DNA of 62,503 nucleotides, the filler included, from Rhabdomonas costata (taxonomy: Eukaryota): the NCBI GenBank assembly GCA_019059605.1. It is 37 parts of 37 records of this genome, joined end to end, with 100 filler letters (N's around TTAATTAATTAA, not from the genome) between each part and the next. Parts side by side here need not be neighbours in the genome. Positions count along the whole stretch, not along the records: positions 1 to 1,592 come from JAHMHO010012408.1; positions 1,693 to 3,285 come from JAHMHO010012409.1; positions 3,386 to 4,978 come from JAHMHO010012410.1; positions 5,079 to 6,671 come from JAHMHO010012411.1; positions 6,772 to 8,364 come from JAHMHO010012412.1; positions 8,465 to 10,057 come from JAHMHO010012413.1; positions 10,158 to 11,751 come from JAHMHO010012414.1; positions 11,852 to 13,443 come from JAHMHO010012415.1; 29 more parts are not named here. One strand, written 5' to 3'. The notes beneath the pieces are model-generated. The model saw only the letters and a program-made list of their open reading frames with translations. It was not told the origin of the DNA and made no database searches. Made by a program: the position numbers and the translations under genes. This document shows positions 1 to 13,599 of the stretch, one piece after another (within the stretch, counting starts at the first letter, position 1; every line of letters begins with the position of its first letter).

Positions 1-175
1 TTCTGCCCCACGGGTCCCGGGCCTTTGTCGCGCAGCTGCTTTTTTTCTGCGGCTACCTGCATTGCTTCATTGCGGCTCAGGTCTCTGGGACTCCACACTC
101 CTTCCTTGGGGGGGGGGGTGCTGGCCTTTTTTGGTGGGAACGACCCTTGGAGCTTTTTTTTCGGATGGGTGAACT
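1..175 (+). repeat. Dispersed repeat family A, copy 1
   Basis: Aligns to 44112-44280; shared blocks ttgtcgcgcagctgct, gctcaggtctctg, gactccacactccttccttggg, gtgggaacgacccttgg, tttcggatgggt. Confidence 0.9.
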
Positions 176-455
176 GTGGGTGATCTGATGGCACAGACCA
201 ATGTCCGGCAATCGAACACTGGGGCAGAGGCACACAAATTGGGCGGGCGGATGCATGTGTGTGCGTGTCGAACGCTCTGCTCATCGTGAATTTTCCATAC
301 CTTCGCTGCCACTACGATCCTCGATTCTTTGGTGCTTTGCTCCAGTGAAACTGAAACCGTTTGTGCTTGCCGCCTGGCGCAGTAATATCGAGGTAATATT
401 GTGCTGTTCTCATCATTTCTGGTGGGCTGTCCACCCTCAACCCGGCGGAGGCAAC

Positions 456-1382
456 CTCCAGGGACTTGCTGAGCATCTCCGGAGTGGGGAACTCCTTCAT
501 CTCCGACAGGATCCATCCCGGGAACAGATGCACCACCGTCCCGGGCTGGCACCGCCCGGCCCGCCCGCGGCGCTGCGTGGCGTTGGCACGGGTGATCAGG
601 CAGGTCGTCAGCGAGCTCAGGTCCTCCGCCGCGACGTACACCCGCTCTTTCATCACCCCGCTGTCCACCACAAATACGACCTGTGTTGGAACAGGTACAC
701 GTCACCGCTGTTCATGAGTTACTTTCGCCCCACAAAATCGAACCGCTTTCTTTCCGCCCCCATACCAAAATTGCCAGATCGAAGACCGATGAAGTTTCCG
801 CAACTTCTCAAACCGTTCAAACCTCTTGGGCAGACTACCTGTGTGACCACCTGCAAAACGACACACTTCATGTTATGGTCTGAGAGTGTGAGACTGTCCC
901 AGACAGGGTAAGCCAGCGTTTCCCTATTCACCTCACTCCTTCCGCCAGAGGGACTGTGGGGGTGTGTGTAGGATGAAGCATACGTTTGCGCGTGAGCTCA
1001 ACAAGACCGAAGCTTTGCAATTCGAATACGGAGGAAAATAGAACGTGCTCACATTGGTTCTGTCCCCCAATGGAAGGTATGCGAGTGGTGGTTGTGTGAG
1101 GGGCAGGCGAGGGATCCGCACGTCATCGATGGTAACCGAGGTCTCTGCGATGTTGGTGGAGAGAATGACCTTGCGCTTTCCTGCGACACAACAATAGATA
1201 GCATGGGAACGGCAAGACAAGGTTCGCCACCCCCCCTCAAGCCAAAGCCGTCGGTGAAGAAAGAATGGACAAGGACGACCATAACCGCAAACCATACAGC
1301 ACTTGCATATCCCCCCGGAACCTTCATCGGGAGTGCATACTGTCCCTGGTCCATTGAGACCATTTGAGCCATGATGTGTTCA
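456..1382 (-). CDS. DEAH-box RNA helicase (DHX36/DHX57-like), partial, spliced
   Basis: Exons 1180-1122 (KRKVILSTNIAETSVTIDD) and 680-456 (VVFVVDSG...QRRGRAGRCQPG...PEML) carry motifs V and VI and have GT-AG boundaries; probable upstream exon 1382-1303. Confidence 0.92.
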
Positions 1383-1592
1383 CTGCAAAGAATCTCAGAA
1401 GGCAAGAGAAAGACCAGTCACGGTCAGAGTTGCCAATCAAACAGACCTTACCTACCTCCATATCGGGTACACCAAGACCCGACTACAACGCATTTCAATA
1501 GGCTATAAAGACTTCCAATGGAAAACCGTACCAATTTGCCATAGAATACTTACATTAAGAGGAAGCTTACACACTTTTTGTCCGTCCCCGAA

Positions 1593-1692
1593 NNNNNNNN
1601 NNNNNNNNNNNNNNNNNNNNNNNNNNNNNNNNNNNNTTAATTAATTAANNNNNNNNNNNNNNNNNNNNNNNNNNNNNNNNNNNNNNNNNNNN
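1593..1692. other. Artificial contig linker (first of 36, recurring about every 1.69 kb)
   Basis: 44 N + TTAATTAATTAA (stops in all six frames) + 44 N, identical at every junction. Confidence 0.99.
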
Positions 1693-2114
1693 GGGTTTTG
1701 GGTGAAACCTGATCTGGCGACATAGAGCCACCACCCGCAGAAGGAACTAACTTGCACACTGAACTCGGAATTCGGAGCTGTGCTAGACATGTGGTGGCAA
1801 AGCTTCCGAATAATATAGAGGTTGAGTGTGCGTAGGTGTGGCATAATCGGAGAGTGTCACAAGTGTCACAAGCGGGAACACAAAATGAGTCGTACAAGGG
1901 AAAAAGGAAACCTGCATAGACTCCCAACCGGTTTGAAATCTTCCGTTTGACTGCGGGGAAATGTGCATCGCCATGTGGCCTCGACACAAACACTTGCTAT
2001 TCCACCAGAGACGGGTGTCCCACACGGACACTTCAGGCTTCAGGCGGTGACAACGACACATGTACCAGGAAGAGAGGGGAGTGGGCTGGTCTCATAGGGG
2101 AGGGGCACTGACAC

Positions 2115-3188
2115 CTGAATTTCCTCAGCGCTGCTATGGCTGTGCTGGCCGGCGCGGATCGGAGTCTCGAAGAGGTCCCGGAACTCGTTGCGAGACCACA
2201 TCCCGCCACGCACGAAGTCAATCATGGTCCAGTACTCACTGAGGTGGTTCTGCAACGGAGTGCCTGAACGTGCCCCACCCCTCCTACTCCGAAACAGCGC
2301 CCATCTTCAAGCACTCTCGCAGTTTCATACCTCACACATCAGGAGCGATAAGCCCCTCCAAAGCTCATAGCAGACATAGGGACACAGCAAGCACAGATAG
2401 GGTTGCTGGGTGTCATAATCGCGTCGAAATCAAGGGCTAGATCTAAATCAAGGACACCTGGGCCCTGTGGGTCCGTTTATGGGTAGGGTCGACCACAGTA
2501 TATCAGGGCACCTCTATATCTTTGTGCGAGTCGGAAAAAGCACTGTCATGACGGCAGAAGAATGGGCACGGTGGTCTGGCACAGCGCCTGTGAGAATGAC
2601 CCGCCGAGTCGTCTGCACGGACTTCAGGGCACGCACGAAGGCCGTTTTCTGGCTCTTGATGCGGTGCCCCTCGTCGCAGATCAGCAGGTCAGGCCCAGGG
2701 CTCTGTGCATTAGCGAGGGAGGCAGGAAGGAAACCCTCATCTGCACCAATCCCAACCCAGGCCCTGAATAAAGCGAACGTCGAGGCCATTCTTTTTCGAC
2801 GTGCACATCCTTTGAGCATGGCAACATAATGATTTACAGAAACCTGGGGCAGCCACCGAATTCCAAGTACGCCCTAAAGTGCGTACACGCGCACTTTGAT
2901 TTCGACCGGGCATTCTGAGATAAATAGAAAGAGACGACCTAAAGAAGTCGATTGCACACCGCGCAGAACGCACTTCCACTGAAAAATGCAGGAAGGTGGA
3001 AAGCATCCAAAAGAACCCGTAGCGCAGAATCCAAGATGTCCTCGGAACGGCCTTCTGCAGGCTCTGGAGGTGGCGGCGGCGCCTCCCCCTCGGGAGCCTC
3101 CTCGGGGGCACCCTTGGCCGAACCCAGCCTCAGAAGCAGGGTGAGCATCTCATAGCCCACAAGAAAGATGCCCCCCATCTGCGCCCAC
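2115..3188 (-). CDS. SNF2-family ATPase (ATRX/RAD54L2-like), partial, spliced
   Basis: Exons 3188-3017 ([15 protein letters not shown]), 2702-2588 ([15 protein letters not shown]...RRVILT), 2263-2115 ([19 protein letters not shown]...FETPI). Confidence 0.93.
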
Positions 3189-3587
3189 CTGTAAGAGAGG
3201 GCCACAGCTAACTGTGGTCACCTGTGGTCTCCCCTGAGACTTTGGCCAGAGGGTTGGCGTGATGGTTGCAGCTGCACAACACACCNNNNNNNNNNNNNNN
3301 NNNNNNNNNNNNNNNNNNNNNNNNNNNNNTTAATTAATTAANNNNNNNNNNNNNNNNNNNNNNNNNNNNNNNNNNNNNNNNNNNNTTTGTTTTGTGTTAA
3401 GTTTTCTTTCGTTTCCACTAGTGGAAGGGAAGGGAAGCGAAAGTCAGCTTGAAGTGGGATGCGGTCATTTTCTCTCCTCTAAGCAGAAAGACGGTTTCGA
3501 GGGACCGGGCTTGGAGATGGAATCATGCACCGAGGATCGAGGAGGTCTGGAGTTCCAACAAACGTGAAGAAAAATTGGAGACTCACT

Positions 3588-4531
3588 CTTTGAGTGGAGC
3601 TTCTCGAGCTGCTCCTATTGAGTTCGATCGGGCCAATGCACGGTGCACAGCCCTCCAGCGCGCAAACAGAGACCAGTTTCGGAACATCACCCCGGGGATG
3701 CTCTGGGGGTGGGAGTCCGCCAGCACCCCTGCAGAGGCCAACAGGGCCCATGCCGCCAGGTGGGAGCCCAGAGCGGAGTACTGCGAGCTCTGGGTTAGCT
3801 CAGAGAGCTTCAGGGCGAGCTCCAGTCCTGGTGCACAGGAATTTGGCGAGAGCTCGGGCACTGGTAACGCAATGGGTGCGTGAGGGGACCCGGAACCACC
3901 CGGAACCCGGAACCACTGGTACGTTTGCCTGTCTTCCTTCTCCAGATCAACTGAACTGCGCAGCTCAATAAGCGATTGATCCTGGGAATTTCAACATGTT
4001 TTGGCTTGAGACGGGTGATCGTGATGCGAGTACTCCTCGTCCCTTCTTTTCGGTACCCCTCGGAAGGGCGTTGGGTTCGCCTAGAATAGGAATGGGCAAA
4101 GGCTTGAGAGGGTGAAGGTACCATCGATCAAACTAAAAGGCACACACACACACACACACCGCTCGGAAAATAATCAACCAAAGATGAACAAAATTGTGTT
4201 TAATTGAGTTCAACATTTAACACCCCCTCCAAAAAAAATATGCGATTGCCATAACCGCCTGGCATTTCAGGTCAAATTTCCGCTATTTTTTTTTCGCCGT
4301 CGAGTCTAAAAAGGTCACAGTTTTCGCTTTGAAGCGAAGCTGCCAGTATATCCACCGTCCTTTCTTCATTTCTATCCTTCTCACGCCGACCGGAGTGCAG
4401 GTCGAGGTGCTCTGGGGGGGCCTTCACCAGCTGCACCCCACGCAGGTCGGCCCGGGCGAACCAGTACCCCTGGCGGTGCCAGTCGAACCCGGCTTGGGCG
4501 TATACCAGCTGCTCGTCGCCCTCCACAGACT
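3588..4531 (-). CDS. Hypothetical protein, two probable exons
   Basis: GC3-rich segments about 4531-4392 (VEGDEQLVYAQAGFDWHRQGYWFAR) and about 3885-3588 (ending GA|gtgagt); no family recognised. Confidence 0.45.
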
Positions 4532-5078
4532 ATCCACAAACCCATACCGACAGCTATTGATGCCTTTGATATTCGAACATGCTACGATGGTCTGCAACAC
4601 CCAACACTTCTGCCCAGTGAGAATGGGTCACCGCTTGAAGCCGCAACCATGGCGAGGCTGCTGATGAAAAGTCACAGTGCGAAATGCCGAAACCCACACT
4701 AGGGCAAACCCAGTCTGCAATCAGTGCATATACCTATGATCAATCCCCTCTTGAAAGGGGAGTGGGAATGGAGAAGGGAGCAGGCGCAGGGGAAGCATAG
4801 AATTTGCAACCTCATCATTGACACCTCATCATTGCATAAACCACAGTGGAGTACGCTCGACGTGGAGATATACCATATCAAACAGACGCCGCCTCGATGA
4901 AGACATCGATTCTCCTAATTTGTGCCAGCGGCTCCTAATTCAAAAGGATTATTAACGATCTATAGATTCAACACAACANNNNNNNNNNNNNNNNNNNNNN
5001 NNNNNNNNNNNNNNNNNNNNNNTTAATTAATTAANNNNNNNNNNNNNNNNNNNNNNNNNNNNNNNNNNNNNNNNNNNN

Positions 5079-6513
<1,435 letters not shown>

Positions 6514-6839
6514 GTATCTCTCTCGCGTGCCCTTTCTTCATACCGCTTGTCGACGATGACGACATCGTTGCAGTTGGTTTTTTTGCCTCCTCGCCCTCAC
6601 GACCCGTGGTGTTCAGCAATTCGTGGTGCTTCTGATGACATCTGATTTTTATTGTTCAACACCCCCACCACNNNNNNNNNNNNNNNNNNNNNNNNNNNNN
6701 NNNNNNNNNNNNNNNTTAATTAATTAANNNNNNNNNNNNNNNNNNNNNNNNNNNNNNNNNNNNNNNNNNNNTGTTTTGTGTAATTATTCTCCGCGTCGCC
6801 CTGAACTGGTCCCCACTGCTTTCCGCGGCAGCGTTAGCG

Positions 6840-7124
6840 ATGGCCAGCAGCGCCCTGGGCACGGCCGCGGCCGCGGTGCTCGTCCTGTGCCGGTTCTGGT
6901 GCTACGGCAGCCTTTCGGGGTCTGCCCGAAAGAGCCTTCTTTCGCTGTGCATCTTCATCTGGACCCCTTCCGTCGCCCTGGAGATCGCGGTTCTGGTTCT
7001 GCTCGGGGTGAATGTCTTCCGCCAGTGGGTGGGGGTTCTGCTGCTGGGCCTGGCCACGGAGCTTCCCCTGATTGTGCTGCGAGGGGTGCTGATGCACCTG
7101 TGTGCGATGGCGCGAAAGCAGTGA
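6840..7124 (+). CDS. Possible small membrane protein or hydrophobic exon
   Basis: GC3-rich hydrophobic ORF; no family recognised. Confidence 0.3.
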   Translation: MASSALGTAAAAVLVLCRFWCYGSLSGSARKSLLSLCIFIWTPSVALEIAVLVLLGVNVFRQWVGVLLLGLATELPLIVLRGVLMHLCAMARKQ

Positions 7125-7952
7125 ATGAGAAGAGAGGGAGGCCTCCTTTCCGCTTCGAAAGAGGACACGGTACAAAGTGTAGCGGAGGTGGGTTGGTTCA
7201 GGAGAGTAGTTGTCGGTTCGACGAAAAAGAAAGTGCTACGTGGAGCTATCCTTTCTGCATTCTGGAATGGGATAGGATAGGATGGAACCGTCGAGGTGAT
7301 AATTATGGAGAGGCAGCCTTCCAACCCTTTGGGTTCGTAGGCTCGTGCATCACACCCACACCACACTGCTCAATTTCTCTTCTGGTATTCGATCCCCCCC
7401 CCCCACGGTGCAAAGAAAAAAGCTCGGGCATGCTTTTGTACATCATCACTCATGCTCTTAACTTGGTATTTTTGCTTGTGTACCTGTGCTTTGTCTGCGT
7501 TTTGTGGCTGGGTGCCGATCTGTTGATCAGTGGCCGAGCCATTCCTGTTTTGCTGTGCTCGCTGTCCTGTGAAAAATAGCTTCATTTTGAATGCGGCTGC
7601 AGAGGTAGTGGGGATCTCCTCCTTCAGGATGACTGTGCTCCCCAGGGTTGGCTGAACTCGGGATGTGAACCTTCTTGCATTCGACGCATCTCTGCTTTTG
7701 ACTGTCGCTTTCCGACAACTGTGCATGTGCAATTGCTGCAAGGCTTCAAGACGCCCGCTTGCTCCCCCGTGTCCCAAAGCTGACAGAAATTGTTTAAAGC
7801 CGATGCTACGATGCAAGTCGATTGATTCTGAGCGCAATCGGTCATTGCCGTGGCACTTCCGACTCGTTATCAATCCGTACTGTATTGTCTTTCTTTCTGC
7901 ATATCAGCAGCTGTTTGAGTGTGTTTCTCTGCTGTTTCGTGTGCATGGAAAG

Positions 7953-8364
7953 CTCCGGCCGCAGTCCTTCCCCTCCCCTTCCCGCGGGCTGGCAGAAGGC
8001 TGTCACGGCAGCTGGCAGTGCATACTTTGTCGATCATGTTAATAAAGGTGAGGGTTTCGGGTTTATCCCCCTGCGTTCAGTCAAAGGCTTGTTTTTTTTG
8101 TACTAATTTTTCCATTATGCGCGTTCGCTTCACATTTCTTCACCTGTTTGCCCACAATTCGTGCTTTGTGAAGTCGATATGTTTGACTTTTACATCTTAT
8201 CTAAACTGGCATTGAAATCAAATCCTTAAGGAAGGTTTTCCTCCTCATTCTTCCATTAATTATTTGTTTATACGTTTGTGATCCTTTTTCTTTCCGTACA
8301 CGTGCACGTGTCTTCTCTCAGTGACGACCTGGAAGGATCCCCGCCTGTCGCCCCCTTCCCCGTC
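7953..8364 (+). CDS. WW-domain protein, partial, spliced
   Basis: Exons about 7953-8047 and 8322-8364 join to LPAGWQKAVTAAGSAYFVDHVNKVTTWKDPRL, a WW consensus. Confidence 0.88.
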
Positions 8365-9175
8365 NNNNNNNNNNNNNNNNNNNNNNNNNNNNNNNNNNNN
8401 NNNNNNNNTTAATTAATTAANNNNNNNNNNNNNNNNNNNNNNNNNNNNNNNNNNNNNNNNNNNNACTTCTTTTTCGCCTCTCAGTTTCCCGCTCCATGAG
8501 CTCCGGCGAAGGGAGCGTCACTGCTTTTGGCCTTCCGGGGTTCTGTTGGCTGCGAGTTTTCTGATGCGGTGGTTCTCTCTGAGAATCCCTGAATTTTCAC
8601 ACATCGGCTCTCCTTTGTTATTTTTGCTGCATCGATGTCACCGGTTTGCAAAGTATTGATGTTTTTGTTATGGTTTTTTGCTGTGGCGTCGGTACTTTTC
8701 TCAGTGAGCCATTTTTCAATTTTTGCGAAAAGTCAAGTGGATTTTTTTTGGGGGGGGGTGTTCCGTTTTTGCTGTTCCCTGTACCCTCGCTGGGATAGAC
8801 TTGAGTCTGGCCCTTAGGAATTCGCAGAGTTTACGGCCAGCCAGCAAAGCAGGGGGCACTGTCTTCCTTCTGCACGTCAAACAAACGGACTTCTTGTATA
8901 GGCGGATGTACCCTGCTAAACGTCAAAAGATTTCTGCCCCTATTAAAACAATATGTGTTAGTGGGGCTGAAATGTGTTAGAGGTAGTTCACACAGCTTAA
9001 CCCCCGTGCCCCAAATTAACATCACTAAAAATGTGAATGGTTCGGGTTCGGTCGTTTGTCTGTGCTTAACGTGTAGTGGTAAACGTTTAACGCCCCTCTC
9101 CCGTCCAATTACAATTGTCCCCAAGCAGCGGAGGCATCCTGCACCGCATCGTTACCCCTGAAGGTCAATGTCTGC

Positions 9176-10057
9176 TTGCTCGCAGCCGCTGCTTTGTTTG
9201 TGTGGGTAACTTCGCAATCCTCAACAATGGCATCCTCGACTGCTGTTGTTCCCCGCGAGGCCTCCCCGTTTCCCGTGGCTTCTCCATTGCCCGCGACCCC
9301 GAACCCTGCCGCGGGAATGTTTGAGGAGATGCGCTCGCTGATGCACGATATGACCCGCTCGCACCGCCAGATGATGGACCAAATGCTCTCCACCTTTGGT
9401 CTCTCTGCGTCACCGACGATGATTGTGAGGGATCAAGCTCTAACGGCTATCCAAATTTGCGGAGTGGTCTTTTGTATCTGAACTACCACCACTCGTGATA
9501 ATCTTTTCTAGGAAAGGATTTTCTTGCCGAAGGTCGCTTCGCTCTGAACTGAACTGATCTCAGTCGTAAGTCAATGCCGTTCAGCGGTTCTGAAAACGTT
9601 AGACCCCATTACTGATCAAACCGAAAGCATAGTTGTCAACATTCATTGCACGTTCCCGGGGCACTGCCCATCGTGTTTTGTTACTGGTCAGTTAGGGGAG
9701 GGATGCCAAAATGTTCATACACCCTTTGGCGTTTTGACGTTTTAGCCGCTGTTCGCAGTTTGGGGAGTATATTGAAATTTATCGTTTGGCTTTGTGTGAG
9801 GTCTATCTGGTTGACTCGAGAATTTGACTTTCTTCACATGTTTTTATTAGGTATGGGACACGTGACTGCTTTTTAGAACTTCTCAGTCCTTAGGGCAAGC
9901 ATCAACAGACATGGTTCTTCACATTCTTGATTCGGTGGGTGCTTTGCAGGACTTCCCCAACACCCCCTGCTTCACAGCGAGCCCTTCCCTGTCAGCCTGC
10001 TGGACTTTGAGCGGCTTCCCACGGCCCTGGAGGAGCTGGAGCGGGGCTTCGCGCCCT
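9176..10057 (+). CDS. Hypothetical protein, probable exons
   Basis: ORF with Met-rich helix MFEEMRSLMHDMTRSHRQMMDQML followed by a gtgagg donor near 9425; GC-rich exon after ttgcag at about 9950; joining frame unresolved. Confidence 0.4.
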
Positions 10058-10855
10058 NNNNNNNNNNNNNNNNNNNNNNNNNNNNNNNNNNNNNNNNNNN
10101 NTTAATTAATTAANNNNNNNNNNNNNNNNNNNNNNNNNNNNNNNNNNNNNNNNNNNNTGTTTGTGTTTGCCTCGTTTGGTTCGGCAAGACTATTTCTAAT
10201 GGGACACACCCACTCGTGACGCTTATTTGCTCCTGTGGTCTCTCGCACCTGCGCGCTGACCTTCCGTTCTCTTGGATTCCTACAGTGGTTGGTTGCTTCC
10301 TGGTAGGTGGCACCCTTGCTGGCCTTCTGTTTATAGCTTCTGCCTCAGCTACACTTACCGCGCATCCTGCCCCGCCGACCTTGGTTTTCACTTCTCATGT
10401 CCCTTTCGTCTCTTCAACCGCTCACCGGTTGCTCTCTGCCCGTGATGTTTTGCGACTCGACAACCATTACTTCCGGGGTTTAAGTGCGTGCGTTCGCCCC
10501 TAATTATGTGCTATCGCTGTGCTCAACCAACCTTGAGGTGAGTTCGAATAGACCGCCCAGTTCTGCGTTTTCTGCTGTCTGCATCAGGCGGCTGTCTCAG
10601 GTCTTCAAACAAGTTTGTGTTGTGAGTGATAATTGGGATAGCGGGGAATGCCTCGCGTCGTGTATGGGCACGTGTGCGCCTTCTCCGCCCCATCAACCGG
10701 CTCTGCCTCACGCATGGCCTTTAAGTACACCCGCCCTAACACGGTTCTAGTGGTTTCTCGATGCTTGCTCTTTGGTTTTCTCTCCCCGTAACCCCTTCGA
10801 TTTTGGCCCCTCTGCGCAACTGACATGGTTCTTGGCCGCTGTGTTGTTTCCGTTT

Positions 10856-10991
10856 CCACCCCGGAAAACTGAAGTTTCCTCCGGGAAACTGCTGTTTCCC
10901 CACCATCTCATCTTAGGTTCTCTTTTTTTGTTTGTGTGGCACGTGCCTGACCCCCTTGGCCACCCCGGAAAACTGAAGTTTCCGCCGGGAA
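10856..10991 (+). repeat. Two 32-bp direct repeats, each an imperfect palindrome
   Basis: ccaccccggaaaactgaagtttcc(t/g)ccgggaa at 10856-10887 and 10960-10991. Confidence 0.9.
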
Positions 10992-11653
10992 CAGTGCTTT
11001 TTTGCTGTCTAGCAACCCCAAAGAGACCTTATTCGTTTTTCATTTTGTGCCTTTTCTGAGTTTTGACTTGGCCTGCGGAAGAGCAAGGTACAAAAGTCTT
11101 TAGATGCGTCTAAATATCAGTAGCGGTTCCTGCGATGGGTTTGGTTACTTCCATTAGGCCGGGAAGATGCAAAAACTCATGCAAAAGTGACCCTTGATCT
11201 GCCTGAAAATGGTTGGTGAGAAGAGCTGTGTGACGGGTTTGCTGCTTCCATATTGACGAACGTGGTACTTAAGCAACGACGTGGAGAAACACTGTTCCTT
11301 TATTATTGTCGGCTTCACTAATTCACTTTATCAGTAAGGATTGTTTACGACTTAATAGCGAAAAATAGAGGGAAACCTATGTTCTCCAGCTCGGTGTTGC
11401 ATCACTTGTTTCTTGATGTCCGAAATTCTCACTTGTGATGTGAAGCGGGCCGTATATTTTTATTATTGAGTGATTTTAGCTCATAATATTATGGGCTAAA
11501 AATATTAGGAACTAAAGGTTTCATTGATGTCTCTCGGCTGTGATAACTCGCTTCTGAGCTGGTGGGCTGCATACATGTGCTCCATGGCGCAGGCAGTTCT
11601 TGAGAAGCGCCGATTGCATTATGACGCTGTGGCAGCGTGTTATTGAGGTCTTT

Positions 11654-11745
11654 TTTTAAAATAAAGAGCATGGCGCTAGTGCATTTATGCCCCCCCCCCC
11701 TATCAAGTGCATTTATGCACTAGCGCCATGCTCTTTATTTTAAAA
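11654..11745. repeat. Perfect 31-bp inverted repeat at contig end
   Basis: 11654-11684 is the reverse complement of 11715-11745. Confidence 0.95.
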
Positions 11746-11978
11746 CAACACNNNNNNNNNNNNNNNNNNNNNNNNNNNNNNNNNNNNNNNNNNNNTTAAT
11801 TAATTAANNNNNNNNNNNNNNNNNNNNNNNNNNNNNNNNNNNNNNNNNNNNTGTTGTTTTGTGAGGTCTGCCCCTCTCCTTTCCTCTGCTCCCGGAAGCT
11901 CAGCCGTCCTGCTACCTCACCACACTCGCCTGTGTCTCGAGGCATGGGGACACTGCCCTATCCGTTTCTCTTTTCCAG

Positions 11979-13310
11979 GGTCACGTGGCCTATCACGGCC
12001 CTGCCAAAGACGCGGTGGCGTACTTCGAGAAGCTGGGATTCCAGTGCCCCGCGGACATGGACACGGCGGACTTTCTGCAGCAGGTGGTGACGTCTGCTGG
12101 GAAAGCCTACCTTACCCCCGAGGCCCAGGCCAGCGGAACTGCTCCCGCCACCCCAGCGCAGTTTGCTACAGCGTACTACGCCAGCACGGTGTTCCAGGCG
12201 ATGGAGGCCCGAGAGATTCCAGGGCACACTCATGCTGGAGAGGTAGTTGCAGCCACTTACCCACTCATACCGCTTTGCTTTTGATGGTTCCCCTTCTCCT
12301 GTATGTATATTTCCTCAGTGACTTTTAGTGGTGCGGGCCTCTTTGATTTCTTCAGACGAAGCTGTGACTTCGTATTTTTGGTTCTCTTTATATCAGATCA
12401 CTTTCTCTCCTCTTTTACATCCCAAGCATCCACTAAAGCGGCGAAGCTTTTTGTGGGGTCGGCCTGAAGGATTTTGTCAACCCTCGACGCTTGTGCTGCC
12501 CTCGAGTGAGTAACTTGGAACTGAGTTGGAGTCTTCTGCAAGAATGTGATTCCTTTTTGGTCACAGCTCTCTCCGCAGCATCCCCTGGAACGAAGACTGT
12601 ACACGAAGTTCCCGAACTCTTGGCGTATGTCTTGGAGAGGGAGGAGGGTGGAGGGGATGGGTACCTTTTGAGGTGAAAAGAAGGCTTTGTTCATTTGAAC
12701 AGGATTGTGCCTGCGAGTAAGCATGTGCAGGCTGGCGAACCGGAAGCGAATGTGACGGTTATGAAAGAGTTAATGGGGATACTTCGGGAAACCGCGGTGA
12801 AAATTTTCCCTCAATTTTGGCTCGGCAGGCAGCGGACAAGCAACAAACGAGCAAACTAATCTGAACGCTCATTTCTATCCCAATTTGACTTTTTCAGGGT
12901 GTTGTCAATGGTTGTACACAAACCCTCCCTTCGTTTTACGTGGTAAGCGCAGGTGCCCTTCCACGAGTCGCAATCCTCTCGATTTCCCAAGAAGATATGT
13001 TGAAGTGATGTGGAGCGTATTGTTGTGCTTCTTAGTCGAAGCGATACGGAAGCCTTTGGTCTGACTTTTCTCTGACAGCGGTTGCAATGGTGTCCCTCAC
13101 TTGTGTTTTCTGTGTGCCGTCTCTCGCCATCCTACCCGTCTACCTTCGCATCTACTGTTTCACGCACCAGTGTGCAGCGTGAAGCTTCTGATCCAGAGGG
13201 AGGCGAAGCTTCTGGTGCGAGACAAAATGTTCCTGAGGGTGCGGGTGATAATGATGATTATCATGGGAGTGCTGCACGGCACACTGTTCTTCCAGATGGG
13301 TGGGGATGAA
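11979..13310 (+). CDS. ABCG/PDR-family ABC transporter, partial, spliced
   Basis: Exons 11979-12242 (GHVAYHGPAKDAVAYFEKLGFQCP...TADFLQQV), 12567-12624 and 13171-13310 (SWLCSVKLLIQREAKLLVRD...GTLFFQ); intron phases are consistent. Confidence 0.92.
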
Positions 13311-13543
13311 GTGCAGGAATGCCTATTTGATATGGCCAAAAGATGCAGTTAAGTGTCCACACAACAGCGAATAGAGAGAGATGACGACCGCCAGAGCAGC
13401 CTGAGGATGAGCAGCATACGACGTTACGCTGCACCACAAAAAANNNNNNNNNNNNNNNNNNNNNNNNNNNNNNNNNNNNNNNNNNNNTTAATTAATTAAN
13501 NNNNNNNNNNNNNNNNNNNNNNNNNNNNNNNNNNNNNNNNNNN

Positions 13544-13599
13544 CCACAGGCGTGCTGCCATGCAGTCGGTGCAAGCCGGAAAAGCTTAGTGTGCAAGCC
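13544..13599 (+). repeat. Repeat family C, copy 1
   Basis: Blocks ccacaggcgtgctgcca, agccggaaaagct and tgtgcaagcc recur in the same order at 15036-15127. Confidence 0.85.

Noticed and set aside
1637-1648. Regularly spaced TTAATTAATTAA resembling a repeat array
   Set aside because: It sits in fixed N padding and is an artificial six-frame-stop linker
10856-10991. CRISPR array
   Set aside because: Only two repeats, a 72-nt spacer, no cas genes and a eukaryotic context
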